Positions 1 through 12,720 of a stretch of DNA of 44,293 nucleotides are shown here, piece by piece; the first letter of the stretch is position 1, and the number at the start of each line of letters is the position of its first letter. The notes under the pieces are model-generated. The model was not told where the DNA came from. It saw only the letters and a program-made list of their open reading frames with translations, and made no database searches. The stretch is from Jimgerdemannia flammicorona. Lineage: Eukaryota. The position numbers and the translations under genes were made by a program. The stretch is from contig RBNJ01000069.1 of the NCBI GenBank assembly GCA_003990765.1, positions 1-44,293 on the forward strand, written 5' to 3'.

Positions 1-1247
1 TAGATTAAAAAGGAGTAGCAAAAAGATTGAATATAAGTATAGTACACTATACTGAATCTTATTGTTCAGGACTATCTTATATTTATAGACAAAACATCTG
101 AGAGAAAAAGGGTCTAGAGTATAGTTTTCAAGCTATATGTATAAACTGATTATATTGGTTTGATCATTCTGACAATAATAAGACAAATTCCCTGTGCAGT
201 ATAGAACAATTAGTTTAGCTCTGAAGAAGCTGATATTAGCTATCTGTATATATTGGAACTTGATATTTGCAATAATCCAGTATATGCTAGAGTTTGTTGT
301 AGTATGTTCTTTTTTTCAGTTAGCTGAAGTAACTTGTTTCAGATATGTAATTGAAGTTTTTTTTTTTTTTTTTTTTATAAAAAAAAAAAAAAAACAAAAC
401 AAGCCAATAGATTCAATGGTTGCTGCTGACAAGGAAATGCAGAGTGAGGTATGGCTGTTGCCCCTTCTAAAATAGAGAAACCCATACAAAAACTCACTCT
501 CTTCTCTCTGAATAATGCTGGACCCATACTTAAAGCTATAATACCAGAGCTGGTAGCAATACTTCATTGAGAGAATCAAGCAGACCATAATCAAAACATA
601 CCTGAAAAACTATATACTACAATAATGTTTCTGCTAAAGTCTGAACAAATATGCTGAGGAATTCCTCCTATCCCACATTTATTTTAGTAGAAAGAGGAAG
701 AGGGAGCCATTAGTAGAAGAGCTGTAATTAATAGATGAACTCACTATTTATCTCAGCAGCAATGATGTAATCCTGCTGGAGAGTACAAAGATGTTCAACT
801 GGTAGAAGTCAGATTGTCAGGCAGGTGGTTGACAATATTGGGCCAATTTAATCATTCAACCTAACTACCAATCTAACCACCACTCTATCCACCAGGGCAT
901 GCAGTCACAGCTACATCAAACATACTTCCCCAGTCTATGTGGTATGGCTTAGGACTAACTGGCAATTCCTGCACCAGTGCTCCCATCAAGCAGGTGTTCT
1001 CAGGTAGGATAGATCTCATTGCCCTTAAGAGATATATACTGAATACTGAGATAATCAGGATATGTATGTATATGTCTGAAATCTTGGTGGGGCTCAGACT
1101 ATTAAAATTTAGTAAGTTCTGGGGTTTATAGATAGGTTACTTAGACTTGTGAATTATTTAATACTATTTTAAAAATAAAAAAAAAGAAAAAAACCTAGAC
1201 TTTAGCTAAGAGTTTGCAGTTCAAGTGGGAGTAGAATTGGTAGTAGC

Positions 1248-1620
1248 AGAGTGAGTATATAAAATTTGTGGCCCTCCACCAGCAGCAAGGAGTAGCTCCA
1301 TGCTGTCAGTGCTGGGTTGGTAGATGGGGTCAGTGGGTATAAAATTAGTAGAGAGAGTATACAAAATTTACAGCTCTTAACCAGCAGTAAGAAGTATTCC
1401 CAAGCTGTAAAGTATCTATAACAAGAGGGTTGTTGGAGGGGGCAGAGTAGGTGGAGGGGACAGGGTAGATAGAGGGAGTATATAAAATTTATAGTTCTTT
1501 ATCAGTAGTATAGAGCACCCTCAAGCAGCCTATGCCTGGACTGGGGGTCAGCAGAGTTGGTAAAGGGAGCATACAAATTTGCAACCCTCTAACAGTATTA
1601 AAGATGCAACCCCAAGCTGC
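1248..1620. repeat. Four degenerate dispersed ~55-bp direct repeats
   Basis: Motif like AGAGRGAGTATAYAAAATTTRYAGYYCTYYAYCAGYAG recurs at ~1248, ~1350, ~1471 and ~1562. Confidence 0.6.
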
Positions 1621-1644
1621 CTAGGAGTTCAAGTTCAGATTGAT

Positions 1645-1724
1645 GAGTGCTTCTGGCAGTTAGAGGGTACTTCTGATAGTCAGAGGGCATTTCTGGCAGT
1701 TGGAGGATACTTCTAACAGTTAAA
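1645..1724. repeat. Degenerate 20-bp tandem repeat x4
   Basis: gagtgcttctggcagttaga / gggtacttctgatagtcaga / gggcatttctggcagttgga / ggatacttctaacagttaaa. Confidence 0.75.
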
Positions 1725-2000
1725 GTCCATCACAGATTTGGGCTATGTCCACAGTTTGGGTCTTACAACCACTCTGGCCCTATACTATAGTACCATACTA
1801 ATGGTACTACAGAGCAGAGCCAAGGGACTGGTAGGGTCTGATATAATGGCTAAACTAGTACTATAGAAGAGGTGCCTGGCTGCCAGACCAACCTTCTACA
1901 AAAGACTGCCCAACCTGTACAAAATGACTACAACAGTTCATGTTATACACACTTTTCTAACATACTTTCAAATCATTTATTGGAGAAAGATATTAAGGCA

Positions 2001-4031
2001 ATATCAACCAGCAAGCAAGCTGATGCACATACTAGATCAGGTGGACCTGGGGCCTTTAACTGGCAGCATGTTGAGAGAGGATATGGATTGGAGAGGGGGT
2101 CTTTCGGTGGCTCCAGTGGGCAGAATGGCTCAGACAGTAGAGGCAGCACTGGTGGGGGGGCTGGAGGGCAGCAGAGAAGGAGTTTTGCAGATATGCTGAG
2201 GACTGGGGGTTGGCCAATGGGGGCCAGTGGTGGACAGGCAGGAGGGAAGGGGAAACAGAAGGTTGGGAATGCTGGGGGTCCTGGGCCTTTGCCAGTGGAA
2301 GGTGGAGGAAGTGGAGTACCTGGGGGCAGTGGTGGGACTACTGATGGAGGTGTGACAGCAAATCAGGAAAAAAAAAGAGATGTGACAGCTGATGGCCAGA
2401 GAGGGCAGGGGTTCCTGATGCAGAAGGTGGACCTGGTGAATAGTGTAACAGGACTGGTGGTGGCTCCATTGCTCAAGAAGTTGATCTCAGAGTTCATGGC
2501 TACCTTGTGCTTCCAGGGCTTGGCAGTAACAGTGAGGATGGTCCTGGGGCTTATCTTGAAGCAGGTGGCTGGAGCAGCATCGGTGAAGTTCTTGAAGGGT
2601 CTGGAGGGGGTTGAGGTGGGCTTTGAGAAGGCAGGCCCACTGAATGAGGCTCTGAAGACTGGAGTAGTGGTCAGGGAGATGGTGGTCCCTATGGTGTGGT
2701 GCTTGAGGTTGGACCCTAGAGTGGTACAGCTTTTGGTAAGTAGGGTGCCCACAGTGACTAAGGAGGAGACTAGGAAGAGGGTGGAGGAGGTGATGGTGGA
2801 GTATGGTGATATGGTAGATATTGGCTTTCAGGTGTGGGAGGGGATGACAATCTGGACAGGCAATGTCAATGTCAGAATCTGGCTGGCAGGTAGGGAGGCC
2901 ACAGGGAAGACAAGTGACTGGCCCTTGGTGCTGATGTGTGGGGTTTTTGTCTGCAAGGTATCGAGGGTGAAAGGGAGGGATGAGGAGGAGGAGGATTTGT
3001 TGAAGGCTCTGGAGGAGTTGAGTGGAGTTGTGGAGAGGAGGGCAAAGGCCTGGAAGAAGTATGAGAAGTCGATACATCTGGAGGTTATAGATGGAAGGTA
3101 CATCCATACTGATAGGAAACAGTGAGAGAGGGCCCAGGGACATAGGAGGCAGAGAGAGTTGTTGGCAAGTATGATAGGGGGGGTGAAGACAAAGTTGGCT
3201 GGAGCTGAGGTGTCTAGAGGCATTGAGGCCAGTGTCTGGGCTAGCAAGAGAGGTGAGGAGGTGGAGGTGAATAAGGGTAGAGCTGGGAAGATGCTGGACA
3301 AGGATCCATATGCTGATGGTATCTTTGAAGTATAGGAGCAGGATTTGGATGACACCTCCCCCCCACTTATTAGGAGGGGCCTGGTTGGGAAGCAAGGAGC
3401 TGTAGAGGATGTGCAGATGTAGGGGGCCCAGTATGTTCACTTTGGGGTCCTATATGCAGTGAAAGGGGGCCAGGTGGTGGTGGTTGGTGAGGATGAGCTG
3501 GTGGATGTCCCAGAGGAGGAGTGGGATGAGGCTGCCAGTGTAGGTGCTGATACTATGATACTTGATGCAGGGTGGCCTGGGACTCCTGGGGGGAAGGAGG
3601 TGGGGAGCCTTCTGTGGATAAGCAAGATGATGGATAACCTGGTAGCTGAGGAGTTGGGAGAGGTGGACCTATGAGTAATGCCTGAGGAGCATTGGGCAAG
3701 GATTCTGCAAGGTGATAGAGTGGCAGAGGCACTGAAGGGAGAGATTCTTGTGATCTTCCTAGAAGAGGAGGGATATGAGATTAATGAGGTGAGGAAGGCA
3801 GAGCTGGCTATTGTTACTGGGGAACAGGCTACCTATTGTTGGGCTGAGTGTCATGGTTTGCAGCTCTGGCAGGAGGTCTGTCTAGAGTATCATAAGGACT
3901 TTGAGGAGAAAGAGGATGGGGCAATGGTTGAACTTCTGGGGGGATTGGAGGCACAGGATGCTGAGCAGAGGGAACTGGCTGTGGAACATATCTTAGACTT
4001 GGCACAGGAAGACTTGGGTGCAGATTTGTAG
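2001..4031 (+). pseudogene. LINE-A ORF1 (Gly-rich N-terminus, acidic C-terminus), interrupted by stops
   Basis: ORF-track pieces 1872-3125, 3459-3674 and 3678-4031 are in one frame. ATA at 2001 aligns with the ATG of LINE-C ORF1 (ISTSKQ vs MSSSKS). Confidence 0.8.
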
Positions 4032-4062
4032 AAGATGAGTTTGACATATAATATTATTCCTT

Positions 4063-6700
4063 ATAAACAGTACAACTAACATTTATTCACTAAATGTGAA
4101 TGGGCTATGGGGTGCTGGGTAGCATAAGAACATCTTTACTTGGCTCAAGGGATTGGAGGCTGATCTCTTTTTACTGTAGGATGTATAGTGTGAAGATGAG
4201 AATGATTGAATAGAGTGGACTAGAGAATGGAGTGGGGCTACTGCTTGATTTGGAAAAGTAGCAATTCTGATAAAGATGGGTAGAGGGAATTTGGGGGGAA
4301 TCAGGAACTGGGGGAATTGCTTGGTCTGGGGAGAATGGCACAGACCGGGGTGGGAATCGGTGAGGGTGGGCTCTTGCTACTGCCCAGTGGTTAGAGGCGA
4401 GTGGATTGCATGGATTAGGGAGCTGTTAGAGGAGGGTACTCTATTGGAGGAAGGTGTTGATGTTCTTGGTAGTGATTTTAATATGGTTTGGGATTCGCAA
4501 CTAGATAGAACTAATGAAGGAAAGAATGCTGGTGGGAGGAGTGGTGGTCTGGGTACATAGGAGGAGGTGGAAAACCTTAGCTCCTTAGGGGATATGGGCC
4601 GAACATGGTGGGGTGACACCAGGGTCTACACCCATTGGGTGAATGGGTTGGGCACAAGGATTGACTGGATTTTGACAGCTGAATGCTGAGGTACTGATGT
4701 CTGGGGATCCCTGGAGGTTATGTGGTGCCCATGGTCTGATCACTGGGGACTATTAGGACAGGGACAGTTTGGGGGGAGTGGAGATGGACCCAGACATTGG
4801 TACCTTAACTCCTCCCTGCTGGCTGAGGAGGGGTTGTGGGACTCATGGGCAGAGGACATTCAGGAGAAGGTTTCTTTCTGGAAACAAGAGGGTCTGTCTG
4901 TAGATGTCCATTGGATGAGATTAAAAGAGACTGTAAAGGCCTATTGGGGAGGAGCTGGTAGAGAGGCTGGGAGGCAGAGGAGGAAGTGCATTCAGTATGC
5001 TTCTAATTGGTTAATAAGATTGCAGACAGAATGGGCTGATTTACTTGACTCTGATAGAGTGGAGAATTGGAGGTTTGAGTGAGCCAGATTGGAGATAGTA
5101 GAACTACAGCAGGTATTGCATAAGGAGGAGGAGATGCATATGTAAGAGATGGCTGCCAGACTATAGTGGCAGGGGTTGGAGGAGGGAGAGAGGCCCACTC
5201 AGTACTTCTCTAGGTTTCTTAAAGCTAGGAGGGTATGACATCAGTAGAATGGAGTACTTGATGCTGAGGGGGAGCTGGTGCATGGTATGCAACAGATCTT
5301 GGGGGTACTGAAGGAGTTATGGCAGGGTCTGCAGAGTGAAGAGGAAGGGAGTGCTGATACAGAGGCGATTGGAGATACATTGGAGGAGTGGGACCTGCCA
5401 CAGATAGAGGGCTTAGGTGAATTGATCTTACCAGTCCAAGAGGAGGAGATCCAGAGAGTTCTGGTAGCTACTAAGCTTGGGACTGCACCTGGGGAGCATC
5501 GGTTACCTTAGGACTTCTGGAAGAAGATGGTAAAAATCCCAGAAATGCTGGGAGAGATAGCTGCCCTCTATGACCATATTCTGCTATATGGCGAGTAGAT
5601 TGGAGAGCAGAACTTGGGGTTGGTGGCCTTATTACACAAAGATAAGAGCAGGTGAAGGATTAAGCCTTGTTGATTTTCCTAAGAGGCTGCACTGCCTGTG
5701 AGCTTGGTGGTTAAAAAGGACTATTGAACTACAGGGTGGGGGTTGGGTACCACTGATGAAGAAGGTATAGAAGATGAGATTCTCTCCTCAGGGGTTATTA
5801 GGAGATTTGCTATCTCTGGTGAGTCTGAATAGAAGCCAATAGCTGTAGTATAAGAGCTTCTGATGGGGGATGGTAGATAGAGTATACCACATTGGCCTGT
5901 ACTGGAGGAGGTGGAGATGCTGTAGAGACCAGCTATGTGGAGATGAGACAGACAGCTTCTGGGGGGTGTTCTGCTTGCTAAGTTTGATATTAGTGATAGT
6001 GTGGAGTGTCAGTGGGGACTTGGTCAGGATATTTGGCCTAGTAGTTGGTAGGCAGTGAGGATTGGTGAGGAGTGGAACTGGGCAGAATGGTCTTAGAGTG
6101 CTGAGATGTAGAGATGGCTTTCTCCCAAGTTCTGGGTTATATGGTAGAGGATGCTGTTTCATAATATTATGTTGAATTTTCATGCTGGTCATCTGGTAGA
6201 TAGTGGCTAATTAGATAGTGAGGAGTGTTACAATATAGGATAAGTGGGGGGATTTGTGCAGATACCAGAATATTGGCTGAGAGTGTATGAGGTTCTGGAG
6301 GACTTTTGGATACCAGTGGGAGATCAGTTGAGTGTGAAGAGGAGGCCAGATAGAGAGTGAGAGCACTGGGAGGATTTGCAAACTAGGTTAGTGGATAGTC
6401 TGAAAAATGGATGACTCACTGTAGGGTGGGTTTTAGCAGTATAAGTAGGGCTGGCTGAATATTGGCTCTTTGTATTTGAGGAGAGACAGAGGATAGGTAT
6501 ATAAGACAAGCTATTAAGATGAGAGGGGTTGGTGGGAAATTTGCTGACAGAGTGGTGGGTTGGTTGGGGTCCCTAGGGTGGGTGACATCATCATCTAGTA
6601 GAAGAGATCTGTGAATAGAGTTGGGGGCAGATAGTGATAATGAAGAGCATAGTGGTCTTTAATCAAGAGAGAGTGGGGCGGGGACCCCCTAGGGGGATCA
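4063..6700 (+). pseudogene. LINE-A ORF2: APE endonuclease, truncated RT and C-terminal Cys/His region
   Basis: Motifs SLNVNGL, DLFLL*D, GSDFNMV, TRIDWI, WSDH, GTAPGEHRLP. RT core is missing; end approximate. Confidence 0.85.
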
Positions 6701-6771
6701 GATAGGAGTTTGCACAGTGTATTACATAGAGGGTAGACAGGTGTATTAATAAAGGAAGGAGTTTAAGTAAC

Positions 6772-6804
<33 letters not shown>

Positions 6805-6807
<3 letters not shown>

Positions 6808-7017
6808 ATAGGCTGGGCTTAGTAGACTTTACTAAGTGCCTTTATTGTCTAAGAGCATAGTGGCTGAAGAGATCAAGTGAGTTGAGGGGCTAAGAGTAGT
6901 TGCCACTCATACAGAGGATATGAAAAGTCTGATATTCCCCTCATAGAGCTACTGGTGACTTGCTTGCAATATTGGTCCTAGATGAGAGTAGGAGAATATA
7001 TTATAAAGACTTTTGGT
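6805..7017 (+). mobile_element. Left part of an older LINE 3' fragment (target of LINE-B)
   Basis: Aligns to LINE-B ~11589-11801; ends in TSD copy tataaagacttttggt (7002-7017). Confidence 0.85.
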
Positions 7018-7110
7018 CATCATGACCCTTTCACTGATACCATTCAGGTGAAACAAGACTTAGACAATACTTTTCACAATGTTTTTGATAATAAATGACT
7101 ATCAACATAG

Positions 7111-8969
7111 ATGGCAATAATTGCACTGGTGAGTATACTGACTAGGAGAGTAGTAGTGCCTTTGGCTGGCAATAAGTGTGGAGGAGAGAGGTTGACCTTT
7201 GCTAACAAGGTCAAGATGGGGAGCATGGCCTCTAGACTGGATGATTGGCTGGGCCTAGGGAAAGCATTGATGGCTGCTGCTAGGGGGGGGAGTAGGGGCT
7301 GGAGATATGGGGCTGTGACTGGGGATCTGGAAAAAAATCCAAATATAATAGTGGTTGAGGGTTCAGGACAGGGGGTGGGCATGAGGCCTGGGGATCTGGC
7401 AGATGGGGTGACAGGTATGGTGTCAGCACTATTACTCCAGAAATCAAGGTCAGAATTCACTATCACATTATGTTTCAGATACTTGGTAGTGACTGTAAGA
7501 ATAATCTTGGGGTTAGTAGTACAGAAGGTGAAAGGGACATTGTCAGTGAAGTTCTTAAAGGAAAGAAGGAGTTGAGGTGGGGTTTGAGAAAGAGGAAGTA
7601 TTGCTGGCTGCCATAGAGAAGGGGGTAACAGTGGGTGGAGTTGTGGTCTCTATAGCTAAGTATATATACTGGGACCCCCATGTGGTGCAGTTGACAGTAC
7701 TGAATATTCCCATGGTGTCAAGAGAAAGGGCCAGAGAGTTGATTGTAGAGGTGGTCAAGGAGTTTGGAGAGATTGTAGACATCAGGTTCAAGGTCTGGAA
7801 GGGTACAGAACTCTGGACTAGTGATATTGATATTAGGGTGAGGCTGGCTGAAAAGGAGAACACAGAGAAGATGAGGGATTAGCTGGTGACTCTGAAGTGG
7901 GGACCAGTAGAGTGTAAGATCACATGGGTAAAGGGGACTCAGGAAGAGGAGGAAGATTTGCTTGAGGCTCTGGAAGATCTGGTGGGTATGGTTGAGAGGC
8001 AGAGATTGGCTTGGAAAGAGTATGAAGCCAAGATGATAGTGGAAGTGGTAGATGGAAAGAGGATCAGGATAGACTAGGTGATCTGGGAGAAGATACAAGA
8101 GAGGAGAATCCCAAAGGAGCTGCTGGAGAAGTTGGGTGGTGGTGGGGCTGGCAGCAGTACAGGAGATGGGAGTGTAGGATTGCATGAGAGTACCTGGGCA
8201 GGGGATTATGGGATGGCCCAAGGTGGGGCCCAGGATGGACTGAGAGAGGAGAGGCAGGGTGGTGTAGAGGTGGATATGGAAATGAGTGAAGGAGTACACC
8301 CTCAGTATAGTGTCTCAAGTGGGGCAGGGGGTGAGGAGGAGTTACTGAATATACTAGAGGAGGAGTGGGATGAGTCAGTAAGGAGGAGTTACTGAATATA
8401 CCAGAGGAGGAGTAGGATGAGTCAGTGAGGAGGAGTTACTGAATATACCAGAGGAGAAGTAGGATGAGTCAGTGAGGAGGAGTGCTTTGGTGGACCCAGG
8501 GGTAGAGGTTGATTGGATCACCCAGAGTATGGCAGAGGTAGTGGAGGAGGAGAAGTGGCTGTAGAAGACTCTTGAAGGGGTGGCAGCAGAGGAGCTGGGG
8601 GGAGAGAACTTCTGGATTATAGAAGAGAGGCATTGGGAGGAAATTCTTCATAGTGAAGAGGTACCAAGGAAGGTTAGGAATGAGATCCTGGTAGTCCTCT
8701 TAGAATCAGTTGAATATCAAGTTGATGATCAGAGAGAGGAGGAATTTCAAGAGATTGCAAATGACTGGACAGCATTCTTGTAGAGCTTGAGAAAGTGATT
8801 GGAGAAGTGGTGAGTAGTCTATATGGACTATTGGTTGGAGATAGAGGTGGTGGATGGGGTGAAATATCAAGAAATCTTGGAGGCATTAGATGCTCAGGCT
8901 ATAGCAGAGGTTGACTTGGAAGCAGAGTGGTGCTTAGATCTAGCTGGGGATGAGATGAGCATAGAATAA
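7111..8969 (+). pseudogene. LINE-B ORF1, frameshifted and interrupted by stops
   Basis: Clear similarity to LINE-A ORF1 (VTGMVSALLLQKS, WDPHVVQL, EEEEDLLEALEDL, EVVDGKRI). Confidence 0.8.
8331..8482. repeat. 47-bp tandem repeat x3.2 inside LINE-B ORF1
   Basis: Unit gtgaggaggagttactgaatatacyagaggagragtrggatgagtca starts at 8331, 8378, 8425, partial at 8472. Confidence 0.9.
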
Positions 8970-9003
8970 TAGACTGAAGTCTCAAACTCAAACATTATTC
9001 AAT

Positions 9004-12000
9004 ATGAACAGTACAACTAGAATATTCTCTTTGAAAATGAATGGGTTGTAGGGGGCAGCTAGGTGGAAGTACATATTTGGATGGCTAAAGAGACTGGATG
9101 CAGATCACTTCTTACTACAGGATATCTGTTATGAGGTGGATGTGGACTTACAGGATTGGACTAAGGAATGGAGGAGGGCAGCAGTGTAGATGGGGAGAAT
9201 GGGTATTCTAGTTCATAAGGGGATGGGGGACATTGGGGACATTGGACATTGGGGGAATTAGTTGGTATGGAGAGTATGGAAGAGGCCTGGATGGAGCCCA
9301 TTGACAGTTGGGTCGTGTTACTGCCCAGTAGAGTAGGGGGAATGGGTGGATTGGATCTGAAGTTTAAAAGAGGCTGGGGTCCTAGGTGAGATTGAATTTG
9401 ACTGCCTGGGGGGTGACTTTAACATGGTATCAGACAAGGGGATAAACAGGACGGATGGTGGGAGAGGAATGAGGAGCAGGAGTGTGGGGTTGGATAATTG
9501 GTTAGAGATGGAGAGGTTGAGTTCATTATTTGATTCAGAGAGACAATTTTGGGATGATCATCGAATTTATACTCACTGAGTGATGGGGCTGGGCTCAAGA
9601 ATCAACTGGATAATGATGGCAGAATGCTGGAGAGTGGATGTCTGGATAATGCTGGAGATGGTTTGATATCTATGGTCAGATCACTGGGGTCTGTTAGGAG
9701 GGGGGAGGTTTGGGGGAAGTGGGAATGGGCCTGGACATTGATAACTAAATTCTTCTTTGTTGGAGGATCAGGCTTTATGGGCAGACTGGGAGAAGGAGGT
9801 TATTGGGAAAATTTGGAGGTGACAGGAACAGGGCCTAGTGATTGTGGACTGCTGGAGGAGGCTGAAAGTGAGTATTCAGGGTTACTGGAGGGAAGCAGGG
9901 AAAGGAAGGAGTGCTCAGTGGTGGCAGAGGGTGCTATGGGTCTTGCAGTGATTGGTGGTACTCCTGGAGAGATGGGCAGGAGTGCTAGAAGGTTGGGAGG
10001 CATCAGACTGGCATATTGTGAGGATCTAGAGAGAAGTTGAGGAGCTTAAGGAAGTATTATGAAGGGAGGAAGAGGTTAGGCTGAAGGGGATGGTGGTACA
10101 GCTGAGGTGGCAGGGCTTGAGGAGATTGAGAGACCTACTAGGTTTTTATTACAGATGTTACAAGTGTGGGGAACTAAGCAGTAGTGGGATGGGCTCTTGG
10201 ATGTGGATAGAGAGATAGTGGTGGGGACTCTGGCAATTCTGAGATTACTGAGGGCCCATTGAGAGAATTTGTGGATTGAGAAGAAAGGGGGGGGGGATGC
10301 CTCAAACATTGAGAGGTAGCTGGAGAATTGGCATCCAGATTCTGTAATGGGCCTGGAGACTCTAGGGGATCCAGTGAGGGGAGAGGAAAATTATAAGGTC
10401 TTGGCTATGACAAGCAAGGGGATGGCTCCAGGTGATGATGAACTTCTCTGGGATTTTTGGAAGAAGATGACTAGGGTGGCAGTGGTGTTGGAGGAAATAA
10501 TGGAAATGTATAGTGAGGTTCTTCAGTCTGGCACTTGGATTGGGGGCCAGTACCTAGGGCTGGTCTCCTGCTCTACAAAGATAAAGGAAGACAGGAGGAT
10601 TGAAAGAACTGGAGAACAATTATGCTGCTCAATATGGACTGCAAACTGGTGACAAAGATATTAATGATAAGGCTGCAGGGAGTTGCTCAACAAGTACTTG
10701 GTGTAGAGCAAAGAGGATTTGTTGGTGGTCAGCTGATCTGAGATGGGATGGCTTGGGTATATAGTGTAATTGAAGGGGTCTAGGCTGCAGGAGTAGATGG
10801 AAGATTGGTTTTTTTAGATCAGAAGAAGGCATATGACAGAGGGAGGAGGATTTAGCTAGAGAAAGTACTGAAATAGATTTGTATTCCCCAAGAGTTCAGA
10901 AGGTCATTGATCAGTCTTTTGGAAAACAGTTAGGCTGTATTAGTCATCAATGGCTATAGAGGTATAACCTTTCTTCTTAGGCATAGGGTGCCACAAGGTG
11001 ATCCTTTGTTGTCCATCCTATATGCCATTTCCCTGGAGTCCCTACTGAATAGGATCTAGCATCGAATTCGGGGTTTGGACATTCTAGGGATAAATTGGAA
11101 GGTGGGGGCCTTTGCAGATGATCTGGTAGTTGGAATGGGCTTATTGGTAGATGTGAGGGAATTGAGGAGGTCTGTAGAATAGTATAAGAGGGGCTTCAGT
11201 ACTAAACTCAATTGGCACAAATGTGAGACTCTGGTGCTAGATGGTGGAATTGTGGATGGTGATATGATTGGGATGGTTGTGCCAGCCAGTGTGCCATTTC
11301 ATTATCTAGAGATCTACTTTTCAGTATATGGGTCCCATCTGCCCCATACTTGGTGGGAACAACCTCCTGGCATAGGGAGATGTGCTTTTTTGGTGAGGTG
11401 GTTGGTATATATCCTTGGCAGAAGGGTGATGGTGTTGAATGTATATTGCTACTGAAGCTGTGGTATGTGGGGTATCATCTGAACTTCCTACTTGGGTGGT
11501 CAGGAGACTGTTGAAGATGGTGAGAGTGTGGATCTGGGCAGAGTGGCAAAGTTAGATAGAATGGGTGGTTCTGACCCTACCAGTGGAAAGAGGTGGGCTG
11601 GGTATAGTGGACTTCACCAAATATCTACACTACTTGAGAGCATGGTGGCTGAGGAGGGCAAGTGAGCTGAGGGGCCAGGAGTGAGTACTGCTTATGCAGT
11701 AGGTGTGGGAGGCCCAGTATTCCCCCTGTGGAGCTTCTAGCGACCTGCTTGTGATGGTGGCCATGGATGGGAGCAAGAGGATGTAGTATAAGGGCTTTTG
11801 GTAGGGGGTGGTAAATAGTGTAAGGAGAATTGGACTTTGGTGGCAGAGTGATGAGAGAGGGGAGGAGTGGGGACTACAGATGTGGTAATGAGACAGATTA
11901 CTGCTGGGTGCTGGTAGAGGATTTTTGGCATAGTGATGGAATGGAGTGCTTACAGGGCTTAAAGGGAGACCTTTGGCCTGAAGCCTGGCAGAGGGTTGGA

Positions 12001-12660
12001 ATTGGCAAGGAGTAGGACTGGAATGGTCTCTAGCTTTAGAGTGAGCAGGTGTTGCAGTAGTTACTCCCCAAGTTCTGAGTGGTATGGTGATGGATTCTAT
12101 AGTAGAATGTGATATTGAACTATCTGTCTAGACACTTGGTGGCTAGTGGCACATTTGAGTGTGAGGAATGTTTTAATGTTAGACAGGAATAGGAAGTGGT
12201 ACAAATACCTGAACATTGGCTTAGAAAGTATGATGTCTTAGGGATATTTTGGGAACATATTGTAGACTGGTTAGAGATGTGAGCCCTGGTGAGACGAGAA
12301 GGGGAGAGATGGGGAGAGCTCTGTCAGAGGCTTGTAGGAGGGGTTGGGAATAAATAACTAATCCTCAGTTGGGCTCTGGCTATATGGGTTGGGTTGGCCA
12401 GATATTGGTTACATATATTTGAAGAGGGCCAGTAGTTTGGGGTTGGGGATTGAGTGATACATTAGAAATAGCTAGTACTGGATATTTTGAATGGCTGGTG
12501 GAGCGGGTGGGGGTATGGTGGGGAGAGCCACTAGGGTTTGGTATATATATTATATTTCCCAGAAAAGTGGCAGGAGGGTTTAAGTGATGGGTGACTGGGT
12601 TATCCTCTGGCAGGGGAGAGTGGAGGGTAGAGGAGGGGACCCAAGGGGCATCAGTTAAGA
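9004..12660 (+). pseudogene. LINE-B ORF2: APE endonuclease, reverse transcriptase and C-terminal Cys/His region
   Basis: ATG 9004 (MNSTTRIFSLKMNG), GGDFNMV, WSDH, MAPGDDELL, QGDPL at ~10994, FADD at 11111; many stops; end approximate. Confidence 0.9.
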
Positions 12661-12720
12661 GGATAGGATGATATTGTACTATTATTATTATAGATCACAG
12701 TAATAAAGAAAAGTCCAAGT

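Larger units (their letters stand above)
1922..6804 (+). mobile_element. LINE-A: APE-type non-LTR retrotransposon (L1/Tx1-like), decayed, with an internal ~1-kb RT deletion
   Basis: ORF1 plus ORF2 with endonuclease motifs; AATAAA at 6748-6753; poly(A) 6775-6804; colinear with LINE-C. The 5' boundary is approximate and no TSD was found. Confidence 0.9.

Noticed and set aside
357-394. T20-AT-A16 inverted homopolymer and the overlapping ORFs 194-475 and 316-594
   Set aside because: Low-complexity tract; the poly-Phe/poly-Lys ORFs are artefacts and no element boundary could be assigned
1248-1620. Spaced repeats as a CRISPR-like array
   Set aside because: Repeats are highly degenerate with irregular length and spacing, in a eukaryotic context
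1867-1880. aagaggtgcctggc as the left TSD of LINE-A
   Set aside because: Only a loose match to aagagataggctgggc after the poly(A), requiring several mismatches and an indel
2363-3440. Long antisense ORFs over LINE ORF1 (also 7718-8299 and 34701-35240)
   Set aside because: Shadow frames of a G-rich coding strand giving Pro/Leu/Ser-rich products with no motifs
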